64,000 nt of DNA from Planctomycetota bacterium (lineage in GTDB: Bacteria; Planctomycetota; UBA8108; SXIK01): contig CBDCXR010000004.1 in NCBI GenBank assembly GCA_965223845.1, forward strand, positions 4,032,001-4,096,000, in the 5' to 3' direction. The notes beneath the pieces were generated by a model, which was not told the DNA's origin, ran no database searches, and saw only the letters and a program-made list of their open reading frames with translations. Each line of letters begins with the position of its first letter. Position 1 is the first letter of the stretch. The translations under genes were made by a program, and so were the position numbers. Positions 19,344 through 27,785 of this stretch are shown here, piece by piece.

Positions 19344-21833
19344 CTACTTCTTCGCAGCCGGCCCGTTCGGACCAGCTTCGAGCAGGCCGCGAGCCTTGCC
19401 GAGCGCTGCGGCGGCCTCGCGCATCACCGCGAACTGCGCTTCGGCTCGCTTCTTCGCCTCGCCCACATCGACGCCCTTCGCAAAGGCCGGGTCGGCGCTG
19501 ACGAGCTTGAAGAGGTGAGCATCGAGCTCGACGAGGACGTTAAGGCCGTCCGCGAGAGCGATCGCCGTCTTCGGAATGAGCGCGATCGCCTGGTTGCTCG
19601 CAAGGAGCTCACCGACGCGCTTCTGAAGAGCACCGCGGTCCTTCTCGGAAAGCGCGGCGTACTCGGCCGGCGCCTTATCCCACGACGCCGAGATCTTCTG
19701 CATTTCCGCGCAGAGCGACTGGAGGCAGACGCCCTTCTTCGCGGGAGCAGCCGGCTTCGCGCTCGCGGCGACCGCTGCGCTGATCAGCTTCGCAGCGCTC
19801 TTCTCGCAGCCCGCCGACTTCACCTTCGCGACGAGAGACGCGGCCGTCTTCTCGCAAGCGATGCCAGTCTTCGATGCCACGAGCTTCGCAGCGCTCTTCG
19901 CGCAGCCTTCCTTGCGGACAGCAACCGCCAGCTCGGCGGCACCCTTCTCGCACAGGCTCGACTTCTTCGCCGTGGCGACCGTCTGCTTCTTCGACGCGCA
20001 GGCCTTCTCGCACGCTTCCTTCGAAGCCGCAGCCGGCTTCGCGCTCGCGGCGACAGCTGCGCTGATCAGCTTCGCAGCACTCTTCTCGCAGCCTGCCGAC
20101 TTCACCTTCGCGACGAGAGACGCGGCCGTCTTCTCGCAAGCGATGCCAGCCTTCGATGCCACGAGCTTCGCAGCGCTCTTCGCGCAGCCTTCCTTGCGGA
20201 CGGCAACCGCCAGCTCGGCGGCACCCTTCTCGCACAGGCTCGACTTCTTCGCCGTGGCGACCGTCTGCTTCTTCGACGCGCAGGCCTTCTCGCACGCTTC
20301 CTTCGAAGCCGCAGCCGGCTTCGCGCTCGCGGCGACAGCTGCGCTGATCAGCTTCGCAGCGCTCTTCTCGCAGCCTGCCGACTTCACCTTCGCGACGAGA
20401 GACGCGGCCGTCTTCTCGCAAGCGATGCCAGCCTTCGATGCCACGAGCTTCGCAGCGCTCTTCGCGCAGCCTTCCTTGCGGACGGCAACCGCCAGCTCGG
20501 CGGCACCCTTCTCGCACAGGCTCGACTTCTTCGCCGTGGCGACCGTCTGCTTCTTCGACGCGCAGGCCTTCTCGCACGCTTCCTTCGAAGCCGCAGCCGG
20601 CTTCGCGCTCGCGGCGACAGCTGCGCTGATCAGCTTCGCAGCGCTCTTCTCGCAGCCTGCCGACTTCACCTTCGCGACGAGAGACGCGGCCGTCTTCTCG
20701 CAAGCGATGCCAGCCTTCGATGCCACGAGCTTCGCAGCGCTCTTCGCGCAGCCTTCCTTGCGGACGGCAACCGCCAGCTCGGCGGCACCCTTCTCGCACA
20801 GGCTCGACTTCTTCGCCGTGGCGACCGTCTGCTTCTTCGACGCGCAGGCCTTCTCGCACGCTTCCTTCGAAGCCGCAGCCGGCTTCGCGCTCGCGGCGAC
20901 AGCTGCGCTGATCAGCTTCGCAGCGCTCTTCTCGCAGCCTGCCGACTTCACCTTCGCGACGAGAGACGCGGCCGTCTTCTCGCAAGCGATGCCAGCCTTC
21001 GATGCCACGAGCTTCGCAGCGCTCTTCGCGCAGCCTTCCTTGCGGACGGCAACCGCCAGCTCGGCGGCACCCTTCTCGCACAGGCTCGACTTCTTCGCCG
21101 TGGCGACCGTCTGCTTCTTCGACGCGCAGGCCTTCTCGCACGCTTCCTTCGAAGCCGCAGCCGGCTTCGCGCTCGCGGCGACAGCTGCGCTGATCAGCTT
21201 CGCAGCGCTCTTCTCGCAGCCTGCCGACTTCACCTTCGCGACGAGAGACGCGGCCGTCTTCTCGCAAGCGATGCCAGCCTTCGATGCCACGAGCTTCGCA
21301 GCGCTCTTCGCGCAGCCTTCCTTGCGGACGGCAACCGCCAGCTCGGCGGCACCCTTCTCGCACAGGCTCGACTTCGCTGCCGCGAGACTCTTCTTCGAGT
21401 CACACGCCTTCGCGCAATCACCGCTCATCGCGGTCGCGCTGTAGGAGGCGAGCTTGTGGAGCGACGAGAGGAGCTTCGAGCGCGCCTGCATCGCTTCGGC
21501 GAGCTTGGCGTCGCTGAGCTCGATCCCCTTCGCCTTGCACTCGGCTTCGGTCGCGATCGCCGACGCGAGCGCTTTCTCGACCGCAGCGAGGGTCCCGCCG
21601 AGGCGGGAACCGATCGGGCACCCAGCCGCCGTTTCCTTCACAGAGGCGGCGAGCTTCGTCTTTTCTTCAGCCGAGAGACTCCCCAGCGATTGAATCGCCG
21701 CGTCCCACTTGCCGATGAGGGCAGAGAGCGCTTCCTGAGTCGAGCTGAGCTTGGCGCAACAAGGACCATCGGCGCGCGCGACCGGCGCCAAGGCCAACGA
21801 AAGCAAAAGAGCACTGAGCACTGAGAAGCGCAT
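19344..21833 (-). CDS. Secreted Ala/Lys/Cys-rich 94-aa tandem-repeat protein
   Basis: ATG 21833 after GGAGG; signal peptide MRFSVLSALLLSLALAPVARA; repeat SSLCEKGAAELAVAVRKEGCAKSAAKL...; a terminator follows. Differences between units are mostly synonymous in this frame. Confidence 0.8.
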   Translation of the reverse strand: MRFSVLSALLLSLALAPVARADGPCCAKLSSTQEALSALIGKWDAAIQSLGSLSAEEKTKLAASVKETAAGCPIGSRLGGTLAAVEKALASAIATEAECKAKGIELSDAKLAEAMQARSKLLSSLHKLASYSATAMSGDCAKACDSKKSLAAAKSSLCEKGAAELAVAVRKEGCAKSAAKLVASKAGIACEKTAASLVAKVKSAGCEKSAAKLISAAVAASAKPAAASKEACEKACASKKQTVATAKKSSLCEKGAAELAVAVRKEGCAKSAAKLVASKAGIACEKTAASLVAKVKSAGCEKSAAKLISAAVAASAKPAAASKEACEKACASKKQTVATAKKSSLCEKGAAELAVAVRKEGCAKSAAKLVASKAGIACEKTAASLVAKVKSAGCEKSAAKLISAAVAASAKPAAASKEACEKACASKKQTVATAKKSSLCEKGAAELAVAVRKEGCAKSAAKLVASKAGIACEKTAASLVAKVKSAGCEKSAAKLISAAVAASAKPAAASKEACEKACASKKQTVATAKKSSLCEKGAAELAVAVRKEGCAKSAAKLVASKAGIACEKTAASLVAKVKSAGCEKSAAKLISAAVAASAKPAAASKEACEKACASKKQTVATAKKSSLCEKGAAELAVAVRKEGCAKSAAKLVASKTGIACEKTAASLVAKVKSAGCEKSAAKLISAAVAASAKPAAPAKKGVCLQSLCAEMQKISASWDKAPAEYAALSEKDRGALQKRVGELLASNQAIALIPKTAIALADGLNVLVELDAHLFKLVSADPAFAKGVDVGEAKKRAEAQFAVMREAAAALGKARGLLEAGPNGPAAKK
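19747..21375. repeat. Intragenic tandem repeat, 282-bp unit, about 5.8 copies
   Basis: Equivalent positions recur at 19747, 20029, 20311 and onward; the ORF track shows identical small ORFs at 282-bp intervals. Confidence 0.97.
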
Positions 21834-22513
21834 GTGACCTCCGAGACGAGAAACGAACTCGCGAATGCGACCGAACTGCGACCGAGGCATCTGGTATCCG
21901 GAGATCCACTCCGGAGGATTCGCGCCGCGGAAAGATGGCCGAATTCAACTCACGTTCAAAAACCCAAACTTCCTGCAACCTCCGACGTACCCGGCAACGG
22001 CTCGAAATCGTGATTCGACCGAGTTTGTCGGACTTCCTCGAGAAGAGTACCCCGTAGGGCGGGCGAAATCGGAAACGACCGCCGAGAATCTCACTGCCCC
22101 GCGGAGCACCCAACGGACACAAACCCCGTAAAGAGTATCCGGCGAGCGTCGCCGCTCGAAGAAGATTCCTGTTCGGGCCGTGGCCCACCCGGCCCTTCCG
22201 AGAGAGCAGTTCGAGAAGACTTTTTTCGGCCAACGAAGACTCCTCGGAATTGGATCCCCGAGATCCTGAAAAACTCGCAAAAAATGCGCCGGTTTTCGTC
22301 CCCGGCGCCGGCGCAGCCCCGATTCCGGGGCCGCATCGGGGCGGGGCGCCCGCACCACCTCGGTCGCGGGCTGGACGGGAGGGTTCGGTTTTCGGTAGGA
22401 CTACGCGCCGGATTCCCGTTGCGGAGCCTCCTTCCGGGGGCGCCTACCCCTCGCGGAATCGCCGAAGAACCGCCGGTTCGGCAAGTTCGTTCGCCGAGAA
22501 GAGGACGTCGAGT

Positions 22514-23509
22514 TTGCTCTACGAAAAACTGCTTCGCCGTGTGCTCTTTCGCCTGGACGCGGAGCGAGCCCACCACCTCGTTCTCGGCCTCCTGGCGCGG
22601 ACCCCGCTCTCGTCGCTCGTCCGCGGCCGCGGCTCGGAGACCCGCGATCCGTTCCGCCAGTGGGGGCTCGTGTTCGGCAATCGCCTCGGACTGGCGGCGG
22701 GATTCGACAAGAACGCGGCCGCTCTCCCCGCGTGGAGGGCGCTGGGATTCGGCTTCGTCGAGATCGGCACGGTCACGCGCCACCCGCAGCCCGGTAATCC
22801 GAAGCCGCGAGTCTTTCGGTGCCCGACCGAGCGCGGTCTCATCAATCGTCTCGGGTTTCCGAACGACGGGGCTCAAGTGATCGCCAACCGCCTCCTTCGC
22901 TTTCGCGAGAGCGGCCCCGAGGAGTTTCCCGTAGGCGCGAATATCGGAAAGTCGAAGGTCACGCCGAACGACGCCGCCGAAGAGGATTACCTCTTCTCCT
23001 TGCGCACGCTGTACGAGGGCGCCGACTTCTTCGTCGTCAACGTCAGCTCGCCGAACACGCCGGGCCTCCGCGATCTGCAGTCGCCCGAGCTCCTCGGCCC
23101 GATTCTCCGCTCGCTTCGCGATGCCAACGCGGAACGGGACGCGAAACCGCTCCTCGTCAAGATCGCGCCCGACCTAACGGACGCTCAAATCAAAGAGATC
23201 GTCGCGCTGGTCCGCGAGGTCGGTCTCGACGGCGTCGTCGCGACGAACACGACCATCGATCACAGCGCCGTGAGTCTCGACGAAAAAGGCGGGCTGAGCG
23301 GGCGCCCCCTGACTGCGAAAAGCACGGACGTCATCCGCACGATCCGCGAGCAGAGCGACGGAGAGCTCCCGATCGTCGGCGTCGGCGGAGTCTTCACCGC
23401 CGCAGACTACCGGGAGAAGCTCGAGGCGGGTGCGTCGCTCGTCGAGCTGTACACGGGGTTCGTGTACGAGGGTCCGCGGGTGGTGGGACGGATCCTCTCC
23501 GGGGGTTAG
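22514..23509 (+). CDS. pyrD: Quinone-dependent dihydroorotate dehydrogenase
   Basis: LDAERAH, GLAAGFDKN, EIGTVT..PQPGNPKPR, INRLGFPNDG, NIGKSK, NVSSPNTPGLR, VKIAPD, GGLSG; TTG 22514 after GAGGA. Confidence 0.95.
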   Translation: MLYEKLLRRVLFRLDAERAHHLVLGLLARTPLSSLVRGRGSETRDPFRQWGLVFGNRLGLAAGFDKNAAALPAWRALGFGFVEIGTVTRHPQPGNPKPRVFRCPTERGLINRLGFPNDGAQVIANRLLRFRESGPEEFPVGANIGKSKVTPNDAAEEDYLFSLRTLYEGADFFVVNVSSPNTPGLRDLQSPELLGPILRSLRDANAERDAKPLLVKIAPDLTDAQIKEIVALVREVGLDGVVATNTTIDHSAVSLDEKGGLSGRPLTAKSTDVIRTIREQSDGELPIVGVGGVFTAADYREKLEAGASLVELYTGFVYEGPRVVGRILSGG

Positions 23510-23672
23510 AGAGCCCCCGCAAGAGTTGGATTCAGCCAGAAAACGGTCCTCTCGAACGGCCTCTTCCTCGCGAATCCTAAACGATCCCGCCGGAATCGCC
23601 TGCGGTTCGCCTCGCGATGCCGTCCGAGATGCCCCGTTCTCGGCGGCGAACCAGTTCGTGCGCAGGCGCCTA
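23507..23672. repeat. Imperfect long palindrome (MITE/REP-like) between convergent genes
   Basis: The left arm TGGATTCAGCCAGAAAACGG..TCTCGAACGGC imperfectly pairs with GCCGTCCGAGA..CCGTTCTCGGCGGCGAACCA; the element is bounded by TAG...CTA. Confidence 0.5.
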
Positions 23673-23703
23673 GGGCGTTCTCGCCGGGCCGGGAGGAGTT
23701 CTA

Positions 23704-25062
23704 CTACCCCAGCTCGGGTAGCGGCTGCCGATTGTCGTCGACGAGGTACTGCGGGCGACCCGAGAGATCGGTGATCGTCGTCGTGTTCACGTCGATCCCG
23801 ACGTTCTTGTAGAGCGTCGCTAGTACTTCTTGGAAGTGGACCGGACGATCGACCGCCTCGCCGCCGAGACGATCCGTCGCGCCGATGACTTGACCGGTTC
23901 GCATTCCCCCGCACGCGAGCAGCGCGCAGCTCACGCGCGGCCAGTGATCCCGTCCGGCGCTCTTGTTGATCTTCGGCGTCCGGCCGAACTCGCCCCAGAC
24001 GCAGACCGAGACGTCCTTGTCGAGTCCGCGCTGGTGGAGATCCTCGACGAGAGCGGAGACGCCCTGGTCGAGCATCGGGAAATCCTGACGTGCGCGGTTG
24101 AAGTTCCCGCCGTGCCAATCCCATCGGCTGAACGCGAGTGAAACGCAGCGTACTCCGGCCTCGACGAGACGGCGCGCGAGCAGAAACTGATCGAGAAGGC
24201 GCGGTCCGCCGTCGGCCATCTTCTTCGCCGAGCCGCGGCCGTAACGATCACGGAGGCGCGGGTCTTCGCGGTCGAGATCCATCGCATCGGCGAGACGGCT
24301 CGACGTGAGGACACCGAACGCCTGCGACTGGAACTCGTCGAGTCCGCGCACGAGCCCGGACGCGTCGGCCTCACGGCGGAACCGATCGAAGCTCGTCAGA
24401 AGGGATCGACGATTCGTGAGCCGATCCAGCGAGACGCCGTTGAGGACCATGTCCTCGCGGCCGTCGCCTTCCGGTCGGAAGGGCGCGAACGCCGGCCCGA
24501 GAAACCCGGGCTGGCCATTGTCACTCCAGGGCTTGTGTCCCATCGGCGGTGCGAGCCCAACGAAGGGCGGCATCGACGGATGCGCCGCGCCCTCGAGCTT
24601 GGCGATGGTCGAACCGTAGCACGGCCAGCCGCCCTGCGGCTGAGGCGCGCGTCCGGTGCGCCCGCTGTAGCACTGAACCGAGTAGTGCCCTCCCGTCGCG
24701 CCGACGATCGAACGGATCACGGCCAGCTTGTCGGCGATGCCGGCGAGCCGCGGGAAGAGCTCGCACATCTGCATGCCGGGGACGTTCGCCTCGATCGGGC
24801 GGAACTCGCCGCGAGTTTCCGACGGCGCGTCCATCTTCAGATCGAACATGTCCTGATGCGGCGGGCCGCCCGGAAGGAAGATCATGATGATCGACTTGTG
24901 ACGGCGCTCGCCCGGGGCTGCCGAGCTCGTCTTCGCTTCGGCGCGAAGGACGTCGGCCATCGAGAGTCCACCTACCGCCAGCCCCCCGATCCGGAGAAAC
25001 GACCGCCGGGAGAATCCGTCGCAGAACCGGTCACGCGTAGCGTCGCCGTAGATGCTGAGCAT
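23704..25062 (-). CDS. DUF1501 domain protein (Tat-like signal)
   Basis: [56 protein letters not shown]. Confidence 0.9.
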   Translation of the reverse strand: MLSIYGDATRDRFCDGFSRRSFLRIGGLAVGGLSMADVLRAEAKTSSAAPGERRHKSIIMIFLPGGPPHQDMFDLKMDAPSETRGEFRPIEANVPGMQMCELFPRLAGIADKLAVIRSIVGATGGHYSVQCYSGRTGRAPQPQGGWPCYGSTIAKLEGAAHPSMPPFVGLAPPMGHKPWSDNGQPGFLGPAFAPFRPEGDGREDMVLNGVSLDRLTNRRSLLTSFDRFRREADASGLVRGLDEFQSQAFGVLTSSRLADAMDLDREDPRLRDRYGRGSAKKMADGGPRLLDQFLLARRLVEAGVRCVSLAFSRWDWHGGNFNRARQDFPMLDQGVSALVEDLHQRGLDKDVSVCVWGEFGRTPKINKSAGRDHWPRVSCALLACGGMRTGQVIGATDRLGGEAVDRPVHFQEVLATLYKNVGIDVNTTTITDLSGRPQYLVDDNRQPLPELG

Positions 25063-25095
25063 CGTGAGTCCCCCTTCGGACACGATCGAATCAGA

Positions 25096-26463
25096 TCAGA
25101 TCAGTTCGTGAATCGGCTGGCGCCCGTCGTCGACGAGGAACGTCGGTCGGCCGCGCAGGTCTCGGACGGTCGCCAGGTTGACGTCGATCCCGACGTTCGC
25201 GTAGAGCGTCGCCAGAACTTCCTGGATGTGGACCGGACGGTCGACCGCCTCGCCGCCGAGGCGATCCGTCGATCCGATGACCTGGCCGGTCTTCATTCCG
25301 CCGCCGGCGAGAAGCGCGCAGCTCACGCGCGGCCAGTGATCGCGCCCGGCGTCCTTGTTGATCTTCGGCGTACGGCCGAACTCGCCCCAGACGCAGACGG
25401 TGACGTCCTTCTCGAGGCCCCGCTGGTGGAGGTCCTCGACGAGCGCGGAGACTCCCTGGTCGATCATCGGGAAGTCCTGTCGGGCGCGGCGAAAGTTGCC
25501 GCCATGCCAGTCCCACCGGCTGAAGGCGAGCGTTACGCAACGCACTCCGGCTTCGACGAGTCGGCGAGCGAGGAGGAAGTCGTCCATGAGGCGGGGACCT
25601 CCGTCCGCGACCTTCTTCGCCGAGCCGCGGCCGTAGCGATCGCGAACTCGAGAATCCTCGCGCTCGAGATCGAGGGCATCGGCGAGTCGGCTCGACGTGA
25701 GGACGCCGAACGCCTGACGCGTGAACGAGTCCATCCCGTCCATCATCCCGCTCGCGTCCGCCTCGCGGCGGAAACGGTCGAAGCCCGCGAGGAGCGCTCG
25801 CCGGTCGCCGAGGCGGTCGAGGGAGACGCCGTTCAGGACCATGTCCTCGCGCCCCTCGCCCTCCGGCTTGAACGGCGCGTGCGCGGGTCCGAGGAATCCG
25901 GGCTGACCGGCGTCGGCCCAGCGCATCTCGCCCATCGGCGGCGCTAGTCCGACGAAGGGTGGCATCGCCGCGGTCGTAGGACCGTGGAGCTTCGACATCA
26001 CCGAGCCGATGGACGGCCACCCGCCCGCCGGCATCTGGTTTTTTCGGCGACCGGTCATGCACTCGAACGCGTCGTGCGCGCCGCTCGCGCCGACGACCGA
26101 GCGGATGACAGCGAGGCGATCCATCATCGCTGCGAGACGCGGAAAGAGCTCACAGATCTCGATCCCAGGGACGTTCGTCCCGATGGGACGGAACTCGCCG
26201 CGGATCTCCGACGGCGCGTCCATCTTGAGATCGAACATGTCCTGATGCGGCGGCCCGCCCGGCAAGAAGATCATGATGATCGACTTCCGCCGGCCCGGTG
26301 CGACGCGAGCCTCGCCGTCGGCGGCCGCTTGGGACGCCTCGGCGTGGAGAAGCTGCGGCAGGCTGAGCCCGCCGAAGGTCAGTCCTCCGATCCGTAAGAA
26401 ATTGCGTCGCGAGACGCCGTCACAGAATCGTTCCCTGACCGGCCCCCCGAGGATCGAAAGCAT
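25096..26463 (-). CDS. DUF1501 domain protein (Tat-like signal), tandem paralog
   Basis: Same motifs as the adjacent gene, with high similarity along the whole length. Confidence 0.9.
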   Translation of the reverse strand: MLSILGGPVRERFCDGVSRRNFLRIGGLTFGGLSLPQLLHAEASQAAADGEARVAPGRRKSIIMIFLPGGPPHQDMFDLKMDAPSEIRGEFRPIGTNVPGIEICELFPRLAAMMDRLAVIRSVVGASGAHDAFECMTGRRKNQMPAGGWPSIGSVMSKLHGPTTAAMPPFVGLAPPMGEMRWADAGQPGFLGPAHAPFKPEGEGREDMVLNGVSLDRLGDRRALLAGFDRFRREADASGMMDGMDSFTRQAFGVLTSSRLADALDLEREDSRVRDRYGRGSAKKVADGGPRLMDDFLLARRLVEAGVRCVTLAFSRWDWHGGNFRRARQDFPMIDQGVSALVEDLHQRGLEKDVTVCVWGEFGRTPKINKDAGRDHWPRVSCALLAGGGMKTGQVIGSTDRLGGEAVDRPVHIQEVLATLYANVGIDVNLATVRDLRGRPTFLVDDGRQPIHELI

Positions 26464-26583
26464 CGAGATTCTCTCCCAGCCGCGTTGACTCGTTGTCTCG
26501 GGGGCTCAGTTTAGCCCGATTTTCCCGAGGAAGGGGAGCCGTTTCGCGCCGAAACCACGAAATTCTCGCGAGTTTATCGGCCG

Positions 26584-26988
26584 TTACTCGCCCGAATCCG
26601 GTAGTCCGGGACGGACCTTGAGAACGGTCTCCTTCCGGATCGAGACCGTGCCCGGCTTCGCGCCGCGGGGCTTCGAGACGTACTTCGCGCGCGTGCACGA
26701 TACGGCGACAACCCCGCCCGAGCGCGCTTTGCTGTGATGAGCAGCGATCGCAGCCGCCGCCTCGAGGGTCGCGCGGTCGGGGTCCGCGTCGTCGCGGGCG
26801 ACGAGGACGACGTGGCTCCCGGGCATTCCGCGGACGTGAAACCACCAATCGTTCGCGCGGGCGATCTTGAGGCTCAGGCGATCGTTGTCCGCGTCCGTCC
26901 GGCCGGCGAGGACCTGCCAGCCGCCGGGGAGGTCGTACTCGTAGAGGGCAGGCGGAGCCGGGGGACGGCGTCCGGGGCGGTCGGTCAT
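26584..26988 (-). CDS. NFACT RNA-binding domain (DUF814) protein
   Basis: VLAGRTDADNDRL, DWWFHVRGMPGSHVVL, AAAIAAHHSKAR, KYVSKPRGAKPGTV. Confidence 0.85.
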   Translation of the reverse strand: MTDRPGRRPPAPPALYEYDLPGGWQVLAGRTDADNDRLSLKIARANDWWFHVRGMPGSHVVLVARDDADPDRATLEAAAAIAAHHSKARSGGVVAVSCTRAKYVSKPRGAKPGTVSIRKETVLKVRPGLPDSGE

Positions 26989-27290
26989 CGCTACTTGTTC
27001 ATTTGTTCTCGGTTGGCCTGGCGTCAGTGTCGGAGCTCATGGACCGTGGGTGGCCCGGATGGCCTCGTCGCGCTCCGCACCAAGGCGGCGCACGCTGCGG
27101 TACGGCCGCGTCTCGCAGGCCGGTCCGCGCGCGGTCAAGAATGGTCGGAAACACAGAGAAAGACACTATCCGGCGATCCCGCGCGTTTCTCACCAGATTC
27201 GCTGAGCCGATCGACGCGCCGCTGGAGGGTGAAAACTGACAACGACGCGGTGCGATACGGACCGGAGAGAGGTCCCAACCGATTTGCTTG

Positions 27291-27350
27291 ACTAATTTTT
27301 TAGTGCCAAAACCTTGACTGCCGCCGGCCAGAAGCACTAAAATCATAGTG
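27291..27350 (+). promoter_or_regulatory. Two BlaI-type operators ACTA-N6-TAGT overlapping a TTGACT-N18-TAAAAT promoter
   Basis: ACTAATTTTTTAGT at 27291-27304; CACTAAAATCATAGTG at 27335-27350; -35 at 27314, -10 at 27338. An AT-rich patch directly upstream of the repressor gene. Confidence 0.7.
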
Positions 27351-27398
27351 TCTGGACTCGTCGACACGATTCTGAACACGTAGGCAGCAACCGGTCGC

Positions 27399-27782
27399 AT
27401 GAACGACTCCTCCGAACTCAGCCGGCGAGAGCGGCAGATCATGGACAGTCTCTTCGCCCGCCGCAAGGCGACGGTGAACGAGGTCCGCGTCGACCTGCCC
27501 GACCCTCCGACGGACAAGGCCGTGCGCCGCATGCTCGAGATCCTCGAAGAGAAAGGCCACGTCAAACGCCGCAAGGAGGGGCGCGGATACGTCTATCGCC
27601 CAACGCAGTCCAAAAAGCGGGCCGGCGAAAAGGCGCTCCGGCACGTTCTGCAGACCTTCTTTGAGGGCGCGCTCGATCAGGCGTTCGCCGTTCACCTCCG
27701 TTCGAAAGAGTCGGAGCTGAGCGAGGAGCAGCTCGATCGGCTCCTTCGACTCATCGAAGAAGCACGTCAAAAAGGAAGATGA
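27399..27782 (+). CDS. BlaI/MecI/CopY family transcriptional repressor
   Basis: LSRRERQIMD, AVRRMLEILEEKGHV, GRGYVY.P, LQTFFEG; followed directly by an M56 gene. Confidence 0.92.
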   Translation: MNDSSELSRRERQIMDSLFARRKATVNEVRVDLPDPPTDKAVRRMLEILEEKGHVKRRKEGRGYVYRPTQSKKRAGEKALRHVLQTFFEGALDQAFAVHLRSKESELSEEQLDRLLRLIEEARQKGR

Positions 27783-27785
27783 CCC

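Noticed and set aside
19206-21824. Long ORFs in three other frames over the tandem repeat (872, 562 and 527 aa)
   Set aside because: A stop-free unit stays open when repeated; only the minus-strand frame has an RBS, signal peptide and terminator.
21834-22513. Long intergenic region as a possible ncRNA or small gene
   Set aside because: No recognisable RNA motif, tRNA fold or convincing ORF; compatible with divergent promoters.
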